From NCBI GenBank assembly GCA_964304625.1, contig OZ199838.1, positions 416,859 through 480,858 of the forward strand: 64,000 nt of DNA, read 5' to 3'. The notes beneath the pieces are model-generated. The model saw only the letters and a program-made list of their open reading frames with translations, was not told where the DNA came from and searched no databases. Below, one piece after another: positions 54,401 to 64,000 of the stretch (position 1 is the stretch's first letter; every line of letters begins with the position of its first letter). The stretch is from Kudoa neothunni (taxonomy: Eukaryota; Animalia; Cnidaria). The position numbers were made by a program, and so were the translations under genes.

Positions 54401-57400
54401 TACGAACTAAAAAATGATGAACCAAACAATACATTCATAATTCAATTGGTTAATTCAGAGCCATCTGAAATGTGTACATTCGAATGGGATAGACGCCACA
54501 GTGGCAAATTCAAACAGTTTTTTTTCGAATCGATGTGATAATCAAGAAAATTGTTTCTTCAGTTTGTGCAACAACTATACATTTGGGAATGTGCACACGA
54601 GTGTAAAGGCCGTTAAAATAAGGGTCCTAAAACTAGGAATGAAACCTACTATCGGTTATCAAAATAATATACATATACGTATGATTTAGATCTATTTAAT
54701 AGATAAGATAAAATGTTTTAGTGAAACACGGAAATGATGTTTCTGTGAAAACAGTAGATACAAAAATACAAATTAACCTTTTTGGAAAAAATAAAGATGA
54801 AGATGGTGGGGAAATTGCTGGTGGGGCTGCTAAATGCTCAGTAAAGTTTTGGAACACATACGCACCATTAGTTACTGAAACTGAAAGGAAAGATCCAAAT
54901 GGTTTATCGCCTTCTTGTAGCTTTAGGGAGGTTCAAATTACTCCTGCCCCAACACATTTGCATAATGATATAATGGTAACCATAACTAATATACCTAATT
55001 ACTTACCAAGAAAGTACTTTTTACATAAAATAAGTATTTAATAAGATTAAACGTTATTTTAAATATATTTTCAGCTCAAAACCAACAGCTTCGCATCCAA
55101 GATAATTCAGTAATACCTACAACTAATGGTTTCACACTTCCCCGAAATTCAGAAACTTCAGGAAAAATTTGTACCATTTACACTAAAGAGAAAAGTGACT
55201 TATATTATCCTGCAATATGTTCAGAAAATGTGTTGTGTGTAAAATCGTGTGACTCAAAGTTCGACATCATTGGGCTAAACTCTGGTACTACCTACGATCT
55301 CAAAATTGTTCCTAGTGGAAGTTATAACACTCAAATTATAAAAAAAAACACAAGTGACAACCATTATTTTATATATGCAATGAGTGAGTAAGTAATAAAT
55401 AGGCGGTGAAACAATTCAATTTGAAGTCTCAAATGAGACTACAAAAAAAAAAACTCATAATACAAACAAAAAATTCTTCCGATAGAATTAGCGATAAAAA
55501 CTGTTACTATCAGCTATATAAACATGAAACAAACGAAAGTAATAGTGTCATATTATTTTTATTATCTTCAAATAGCTTCACCCACGAAAATAATAAAGTC
55601 TTGCATTGGTTGTGATAATGGTGAGGATAAAAAATGTGACAATATTCAATTTTTGGGCGGTATATACGATAATAAGTATAACTACAGGTTGATGATTTAT
55701 GCTCATGAAAAATCCTCACCATTTAAGCTATCGATACCAGGTAACTTCTACCAAAAATCCCAATTGACATATATTTATAGCTTTTACTCGACGTGGAAAA
55801 CTTGAACAAAAGTTTATAAAGTCTTCGGGCAAAGAAACCGAGAAATTTTCCGTTACATTGAAAGATTTTCCTAATACCAATAAGTGTGTAATAAAGATAG
55901 TTAATTTCGCTGGGACTGAACTTAATAAACCACAACTCTGTGCTGGTGAAAATGGTGATTGTTTAGTGGAATGCACCCAAGTTGATCTAAACGTCGGATA
56001 TATTGATTCAAAAGTTGTTCGATATATATCAGTTTGTTATGGTGCAGACAAAGAAGAGGCCAAAACTTGTAAAAAAGTTCAAGTGTTCCCAATAATAATG
56101 AGTAATTAAAAAAAATATTTTATTTGAAGAGTAAATAATATTTATAGACTTCAAACAAGGTAACACTTATAAAATATCTTATACTGACGGCAATGTTAAT
56201 GTCTCTTACTTATCAAACTCAATAACTGATTGGAATATACAATATGATGGAAAGGATGATCCGCACAGTGACACAGTCAAGACCAGCTTTAATATGGAAA
56301 CGTATTCTGATACTCCACAAGATAAATCTGCTGCTCTCGCAATTGATAGACATATAAGTTATTATAATATCAGTTCAACGCTGTTATTGGCCTGGAATAT
56401 TCTATTACATGAATAATACTTATTTGAAATCTGAAATTCCTCTTAAATCTCAGATCATTTATTCAGTTTCAGGTATTGCTAATAACAATAAAAAACTCAG
56501 AATAAAATTCTCTCCTGGTCCATACAATGACGAGATTTGTCACATCAAAGTATTTAAGGTAAGTGAAACTGGCGCAGATCAACAGAGTATTGTTTTGAAT
56601 GGTTGTACCGGGGAGAACAAAGAATGCTTTCAGCTTTGTCAAGATGGTATCATCAGGTTGACGGAAGAGGGTGATAAAGTTGGAATAATTGTAAAACGAA
56701 GGTTTGATACTAATGGATTCAAACAATACTTTAAAAGTAATTTTATATTCAACTTTAAAAATAATGTCTTTTAGGGAATGACAATGGCATAATTATAACA
56801 GAGATTAAGGATACAGAAGTCACTCTTACCGGACTTAACGTCTATAAGGACATGAAGACTGATGGCAATAATTCTGGGTGTGCAATTAAAATTCGCCGAG
56901 CAAATACTTTTTCGACTGAAACAAAAGCTGGATGTAAGGACAGTGTTGAATGTAGTACTAGCTGTGAAGGGCAATACATTATTAATCGCCTTCAAGCCGG
57001 TACAAATTATGTGGTTTCTGTCACAATTACCAACATTGGAATTACTAATTATATTAGGAAGACAACATTCCGAACAAGTAAAAGCATATTTAAACACTAA
57101 TGTTTAACAATATATTTAGCTGAGGGAGGAGATTTAGCTGCAAAGGATTCGAAACCAAATATCCAAAATTCCACTGCTACAATAACACCATTTGGACATG
57201 ATAATTATTTGCCGGTCTGTAGAATTTATGTTAAAAAAAGTGGTGTCTCAGATCCAAAATATATGGCTACGTGTGAGGGAATGGGAGCATGTGAGAATAA
57301 ATGTGATGCTACGTTCAAAATTGTCAACCTGGAATTAGGAGTGACCTACAACGTAACCGTCGAACCATCTGATGGCAAAAAACAAAAGGAGTATTCTGTT

Positions 57401-58320
57401 GAGACAAGTATTCATAATCAATAATCTTATGTTTTATTAATATTATTTAGTAAATGGTAGTATTTCACTTAAGCATTCGTTGAATGGAGATAGTGACTTG
57501 ACAATTAAAGTGGATTTCACAGGAAAAGATGACAATTCAAGATGTCCGTTTATGATTCAGGAAAAAATCGTAGACAACCAGGAGGGAAAAATTGTTACAT
57601 GGTGTAATGATGATGAAGAATGCTCTGCCAATAAATGTACCGTTAACATCAATAATTTGTCGAGAGAAAAAGATTATATTTTGAAATTAAAAGCAAAGGA
57701 TTACTCACTCTATAACAAATATAGTATTCAGTGTATATATATTTTGTTTAAATTATTAAATAATCCTTATTTTCTAATAATATATTTTGCGAAGACTCAA
57801 GAATAGATGAAATGAAAGGGTAATTAAATTCCAATTATTTACTATATAAATAAAATAATTTATTTAGTGAATTAAATAAAAAATCCTTGTGGAATAAAAA
57901 ATTTATAGAAGGAGAAAACATAAGGAGTGAATATGCCAACATTGTAGTAGATGATATCGTTCAGAAAGTAATAGAAAAGGTTGAGAAAGGGTAAAAACAA
58001 TTTTTCATGTCATATTTATAAGATTTTATTTAGTAAAATTATTTTAATTTAATGATCTGATAAAAAAGAAACATTGTAGTTAATAAAGAAAACCACAATT
58101 TTGATGCTGCAAAGAATAGTTATTCGTAATTTACATTTATATTTTCAAGTTTGACATTAGATAGGTCTGTTGGAAGTTACATGTAATAGAATATACATAT
58201 TTGTTGTAGATAAGCTTTCTTAGATTATATGCAATGATACCCATCGTGGTTTCACTTTTGGTTGTGATAGGTGTAGCTGTTTACAGAAAGAATTCTAAGG
58301 AAATTTCTTACGATCTATAA
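51467..58320 (+). CDS. Giant Cys-rich FN3-like repeat type I membrane protein, copy B (~2,000 aa)
   Basis: Introns, all phase 1: 51528-566, 51936-977, 52503-545, 52879-917, 53230-270, 53565-605, 54074-113, 54679-721, 55034-074, 55354-402, 55539-575, 55741-780, 56102-147, 56737-774, 57078-119, 57408-450, 57733-794. Less certain 3' mini-exons follow. Signal MMRLSFRQRYTSTTYLVIFTLLCA; TM + tail MIPIVVSLLVVIGVAVYRKNSKEISYDL*. Three apparent +1 frameshifts (~54487, ~55450, ~56387). Confidence 0.87.
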
Positions 58321-59046
58321 AATCTGATATATTCATCATCCATTACATCAGTTACCAATATTATTATAAAATTTAGTTAATAAATTTTTCATTATTTGAA
58401 AAATATATTTGAATATTTATTTATGGTTGGTAATAATTAGAATTTTTTCACATTGAACTTGATTTATTTTTATCTAAACCTATATAAGCGGTTAAACAAC
58501 ATATATTTTACGCATCACTTCTTAATTCTTATTTTTTAATCCTTTTGTACCTAATGTTCATTAAAAATTTAAATGAACAAGAGAAAAAATTGCATTTACA
58601 CGGTTCTCTATTTTTAATATTTTCTCTGCAATAACTTTAAAATGTTATGGTAATTATTATCTATTTAAAAACAAATTAACAATTTTTATGAATTATAACA
58701 CTCGAATATGTATTCAAAAAAATTGACATGGCGCCGTTTTAAAAAATGTAACTTATTTCCATGCATTATCGTAATTAATTCAAATAAAGATTTTTGTGAA
58801 AATCATATATTTTATTTTTTTACAAGGTAGAACCCTGGCGCAACTTATTGTATTGTGGAATTCTGGTTGGTCAGACCACTTCCATTAACACTGTAGACAC
58901 TTCAGGACGTAACTTGAAACCCCGCCCCCCTCTCCTTGTGCGGTAGTGTGGGATTTTAACCCATGAAACATCCTTGTCTCAGGGCAACACCACCCCACTT
59001 CCTATCCCTTTAAGGACGTTGGCTCTGTGAGCACCTGCAAATTATT

Positions 59047-59301
59047 TACCTTACCTTCAGTTTACTTTCAGATGGGTTCCGGCGATTCAAACTCCTATTA
59101 ACGCTCATCACACTTCACGCGAATTTATTTGGCTGCCAATGCACCCCACTTCACAGGGAGCGTACACTTTAACCACAACTCCTAAATATGGGATGGAGAC
59201 CCACCGACACGGAGGCAGTATTCTGATCACCGGTAGATTCGAACCCATCACCTCAAGGTTCTGAGTCCGAGTGTCGCGATGATGTACCATCTGTCCTCGG
59301 C
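59047..59301 (-). mobile_element. tRNA-derived SINE
   Basis: Minus strand begins GCCGAGGACAGATGGT...GGACTCAGAACC...GGTTCGAATC (B box); ~190-bp body and an (AAGGT)n-like tail; GC-rich relative to the flanks. Confidence 0.7.
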
Positions 59302-60459
59302 TAGTTGTTTGTTAATTAACTGGTTCTAAGTAGGATATACTAATGTCTCTTGGATAATCGGAAAATTTAGTTATTTTTTCATCGTCTTTGTTTCTATACG
59401 TAATATTTTTTAATTGATACTTCGATAATGTTGAAAGTGGTTGAAAATCGTCCTGTCCAACCAACAAGATTTTTTCGAGATGGCTAAAACTAACCGGCGC
59501 ATGCGCAGTGACCAAGTTGACCAGGGTTGTCAGAATTGGTACGTTCGTACCAAGATGGTACTTTTTCATCTTCAAGACATGATTTTTAATCCCCTCAACG
59601 ATATGCAATTTCCGGTTAGGTATTTGTAATGAATGCAAAGTAGCATTAATGGCTTATTTAAAAATTTATACTTTTTGCGTTTATTTAGTATTATTTTAAC
59701 GTATAGATATATTATTATACGAGGATATACAAAATATGTCTTGGTGTTGAATTCGATGTTATTTTAAATATCCAACCTATCCCATTAATGTTTTGTCTCT
59801 TAAAGAAAACAAAACAAACAATTAATTTCCAAAATATTATCATTCAACAAAATTTTATTAAGTTAAGTTTATTTCCTCTTCACTTATTTGTAAAATGAGT
59901 TTCTGACCACTAAATTGTTATCTGTTTATTGTTTTAAATGAAACGTTCTTTGATTTCATGGTCAAATAAGTTCCATGTAATCCCAATGTATATTTAACTT
60001 TATACGTGGGCAATTAGCTCGTTTACTTTGCGAAATTAATTTTTTCTGCCGACAAGTTTTATACTTTAGGGTTTTAAAATGTTTTTAAAAACAAAAAAAA
60101 AAATCTGACTCGAAAGAGTTATCAAATTTAATTGTAGCTAAAAAAAATTCCTTAAAACTTTTATTTTATACATTTCTAATCAGGGAAATTGTTAATAGAT
60201 TAAATTTTTTAAAATTAAACCTATCATTGACACCGGAAGAATATTTAAATTAGATGAAAACGAAGTTGAAGAGGAAAAAAATATCCGCAATGCGATAAGG
60301 ATAAAATTTTATACACAAACACTAATTTTAACATGCAAATTCATTCATAATAGAACATGTTTTAGGAATTTACTATATAGTTTTTGCATTCAACAAGTTG
60401 AATTAATTTCTGTAACTTTATTGTGTTTTACATAATGCAATATTTGTTGGGTTAGTAAT

Positions 60460-61830
60460 TCTTGATGGCCTTTAATCAAAACGATAGCGACTGCGAAAGC
60501 GATTTTAGTAACACACCAACAAAGAAAATATATAGAGGTTATAAACGTAAGGCAAGAAGAGAATGTTTGGAAGATCGAAGGTTTTTCCAGTGGATTGATA
60601 TGAGTATGGATAACAAGGAGAATGTTTTCTGTACAGTGTGTAAATGTGAAGTTTTGGGAAGTATTTTACAAAGTGAAAAGCATCTGATAAAATATGAGAC
60701 AATCTACAAATAATATGTAAATGGAAGGTTATATAGAATTAAACAGTCCTGATTAATATGCTCGAAAAATAGCTTAAGCAGAATTAAAATTATGTTCCTT
60801 TGTTGCGAAACATAATTTACCGCTTTCAATCTTGGATCATTTGCCTGGTTTAGTTGCCAATGTTTGTGAAGATTCTGCTATTTGCAAAGATATTAATGTA
60901 CTCGAACGAAAGACAAATGTGCTTTTCGTCATGTTATTGGGAAATATTACTAAAAAATATAATTTCAAAATTACAAACAACCAAATTTTCATTAATAATA
61001 AATGAAGCCACAGATATATCCACAACTAAACAATTAGTTTTAGTAGATTGATATTATGATGTCGATGTTAAAAAGACAATGGACAAATATTTGGTCATGT
61101 TAGAGATAACGAATTGTACTGTCAAAGGAATTTTTGAACCATTGATAAATTTTTATAAAACTAATAATACCTCCATTCACAATCTTATCGGATTTGCCAG
61201 TGACAATGCAAATGTTATGATGGGTAACAAAAATGGTGTCCAGGGTTTACTAAAACAAATAATTCCTTCACTTTACGTGCAAGGTTGCTCGTGTCACTCA
61301 GTAAATTTACGTACTTCTAAAGTCTGTCTTCAACTTCCAAATGAGTTGGAAGACTTAGCTAGAAGAATTTTCACATATATTTCGAATATTCTATAACCTT
61401 TGAGTGAATACAAGGAATTTCAAAAGATAATGGATATTTGTCCTAGAAAGATATTACGCCCTTGTAGCACAAGATGTTGTCACTTGAACAAGTCGTAGCT
61501 AGAATACCCGATCAATGGAATACACTTAAAATATTTTTCGCTATTGCAGTATCAGAAAATGGGTTTTAATCAACAAAATTAATAAATCGTGAACACAATA
61601 AACCAATCAATCATATGTATTTTGAATTCTTAAATTTTATACTCCCAGTAATGAACAAACTTAATCTTGAATTCCAATTAGAAACCTTTCAAATACACAA
61701 GCTAAAAAATTCAATCAGTTTTACAATAAAAGTTTTTATCAGTTTATTTATGAAAAGAGAAATCATAAAAAATGTGGATATTTGGAATATTAAGAAAATA
61801 ACCCCTCAAATTATCTTCCATTAGATTGTT
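60460..61830 (+). pseudogene. hAT (Tip100/ZNF862-like) transposase remnant
   Basis: CTVC zinc finger, FSLIINEATDIS, ASDNANVMMG and GCSCHSVNL. Confidence 0.8.
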
Positions 61831-61925
61831 ACGGATTAGTTTTTGTTTGCTATTTTATTGAATAAAATAACAAACAAAAAACACACGCGATAATTTGCAT
61901 AGTCGGTATTGTTGTTACATTAATA

Positions 61926-63349
61926 CAGCGTTTCCCTTTTATTTTTTTCCCGCACCCCCCAAACGATTATCAAGTTCATTCTCGCATCCCTATGTTAATA
62001 TTTATAAAAATATTAATGGTAAATTTGTGTTTCCTTTTTTTACTTTAAGTTAATATTCCAAATAATACATTTTAATTTTGTAATTTTTAAAGAAATATAT
62101 TAAAATAATTTTCGTGAGTTTAGTCGATTAATCGCTACTACTTTACGAATCAAATTAAAAAAAGAATTCCTATGACAATCATACATTTTAAAAAGAAAGC
62201 CAAAACTTATAGTATTTTTACTTTATGTAACATTATTAACAAAAACTTTATTTATTTTATAAAACAATTAATAAAATATTGCGTATAGACAGATATCTAG
62301 TTACTATATATTAAGCTTGATATCAAATTCAGTCACTTTAATAAGCATATAAGAGACCAAGATTCAAAAAAATGATAACACATTTAAAAACTATTGAGTT
62401 TAATTTAGATTTATCGACTTTCCCTCTCTTGGCGTTCTTCCACTAATAATTCAAATCGCGGTACTCCATTTGTCAATGCGGTGCGTAAATAATTTTCTGG
62501 ATTCAGTAGATTTCTATATTTATTTTTTAAATACAACAAAGGTGAAAATACTGACTCGCACAACCAGGTCGTTGCGAATGTGGTAAGAATTTTCAATGCT
62601 CTTTTTGTAAGGGAAGGGTAACTGCATTGGGCATTGCGCCAAAAGTTCTCAAATGAATTTTCATTGTGTAGTCTTCTTGAAAATCTATTAATTCCTCAGT
62701 ATCATTATCCTCGTTATTCATATTATTAACATTAACTGAAAATGGATCAACAACCCAAATATCAGAATCTTGTAACTGGTCGGGAGAATAATAACCATCA
62801 AAGGATAATCTCAATTTATTTATGTGATACAAGGTATCATTCATGATATCTTGCCTACAATGGTAACTCTTGTGAAGCAATACCGAGTATAATCCTCATT
62901 CCATTTTCTAACCTTTTGGGAGGCAACCATGATGATGCGTGGGCGATGTTAATTCGCTCATTAAATACACACCATTAAGTTAAAATCTGTTAACGTCTTC
63001 ATACTCCAAGATACAAGTTTACAGTATTTTATTAATAATTAATAAGTTGTTGGTAAATAAGTAACGATTTTCGAATTATAAATTTATATTATTTTAAAAG
63101 ATAGAATGATTTTCATGGAAAGTGAACTATATAAAATCTGTTATTATTAGATTATTTCATTAACAAAATTTCCCATTATATGATATTTAATTAAATACAG
63201 TAACTTCAAGCTGAATTTATGAACTCAAATTTTTCTTTCATTTATATAATCAGGCTTAAATTCTTAATTCATCATAGGGTGCTCCCGCACCCCAATGAAT
63301 GCTTCATGCACCCCAAGGGGGTGCAATCACCCCCTATAGGAAAACCCTG
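61926..63349 (-). mobile_element. Internally deleted hAT Buster/Charlie-type element
   Basis: 8-bp TSD CATTAATA (nnnTAnnn) on both sides; TIR CAG(C/G)GTTT; C-terminal remnant FATTWLCESVFS...KNKYRNLL at 62411-62880. Confidence 0.9.
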
Positions 63350-63393
63350 CATTAATAAGTTGTATTATTAACACGCAGCTAAAAATATCTGAC

Positions 63394-64000
63394 ATGGCGT
63401 CCGAAGGGGAAAGTATACTCGGTAACTCGGTTTTGACTCTGTTGTCTTCGATGGAGACAAAAATAAATCGGCTTGCGAATGATGTGCAGGCTCAGCTGAA
63501 GGGAAACTTCAATATTTTGGAATTGTCGAAGCTATCGAAAAAATTAACTTGTGTGTTAAATATCTATAAAGAATATGTGACCAACTTAGCGAAGGATGGC
63601 AATTCAACCGACCTTGGATTCTGCGGAGACGTCATTATTAATACGGAATTCCTGTTAAAGGAGGTTGATGATGTCCTACGGAGAGAGGAAAAGATAGAAC
63701 CAAAATCGGAACTAAGTAGCATTCGCAATTTCAACGCTGGACAAGACGACATCCTCGTCTCAACCAGGATCCCCAAGCAAAATATACGGTTACCGGTGAT
63801 CAAACTGGAATGCTTCGGTGGAGCCTTAAATAAGAGGGGCCCGTACTGGGAAAATTTCCAGTCACTCGTGGGCAGCAACGAAGACCTAGAAGAATATGCC
63901 AAACTGGTGTATTTGAAGTCTACGTTATTCGGCCACCGAAGAGACTTCTCATGGACATCTCTACGGAAGCTTATAACTACGCTCTGGCAGTTGATACCCT
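63394..64000 (+). CDS. BEL/Pao LTR retrotransposon gag (DUF1759-like), open to the window end
   Basis: Frame is open from ATG 63394 and includes RLPVIKLECFGG...YWENFQSLV...KLVYLKSTL. It is absent from the ORF track because there is no stop in the window. Confidence 0.8.
   Translation, partial: MASEGESILGNSVLTLLSSMETKINRLANDVQAQLKGNFNILELSKLSKKLTCVLNIYKEYVTNLAKDGNSTDLGFCGDVIINTEFLLKEVDDVLRREEKIEPKSELSSIRNFNAGQDDILVSTRIPKQNIRLPVIKLECFGGALNKRGPYWENFQSLVGSNEDLEEYAKLVYLKSTLFGHRRDFSWTSLRKLITTLWQLIP

Noticed and set aside
55803-55805. Apparent premature TGA in copy B
   Set aside because: It is out of frame after splicing 55741-55780; the exon reads AFTRRGKLEQKF.
35799-58320. Many separate small genes, or stop-codon reassignment, explaining the 60-190 aa ORFs
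   Set aside because: ORF ends fall in GT-AG micro-introns, and splicing joins them under the standard code.
59225-59301. Functional tRNA gene
   Set aside because: The acceptor and D stems pair poorly and the sequence continues into a SINE-like body and tail.
59312-59640. Possible transposase N-terminal remnant (FP..ICNEC) or small gene
   Set aside because: Too short and degenerate to assign without a search.
63564-63902. Minus-strand 112-aa ORF
   Set aside because: It is the antisense shadow of the plus-strand gag frame. The same applies to ORFs antisense to transposases and host exons, e.g. 2132-2509, 30230-30862, 37394-37651 and 56469-56726.
1-64000. Prokaryotic reading (IS630/IS1595 elements, operons, CRISPR)
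   Set aside because: Spliceosomal introns, Kunitz domains, Helitron, piggyBac, hAT and BEL elements indicate a eukaryote. No repeat-spacer array was seen.

Overview
This is AT-rich eukaryotic DNA, most likely animal, with tiny GT-AG introns of about 37-50 nt. It is compatible with a compact-intron parasite such as a myxozoan, but that is inference only. Most of the window is a nested stack of transposons: Tc1/IS630-like DD34E, piggyBac, hAT, MULE, pogo/Tigger-like, Merlin (IS1595/ISXO2-like), Helitron, a tRNA-derived SINE and a BEL/Pao gag. Many have readable TIRs and TSDs. Three host genes, fragmented or missed by the ORF track, can be rebuilt by hand. (1) A secreted five-Kunitz-domain protein (14.2-17.8 kb, minus) in which only one domain is canonical. 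(2,3) A head-to-head inverted pair of ~2,000-aa type I membrane proteins (35.8-42.7 kb minus; 51.5-58.3 kb plus), built from 4-Cys FN3-like modules on symmetric phase-1 exons. The two copies are a patchwork of near-identical and strongly diverged blocks. They form the arms of a ~7.5-kb palindrome whose loop has been filled with transposons. This is the best candidate for an undescribed diversifying surface-protein system. Several 1-nt indels in short homopolymers suggest long-read consensus errors. All alignments and translations were done by eye.
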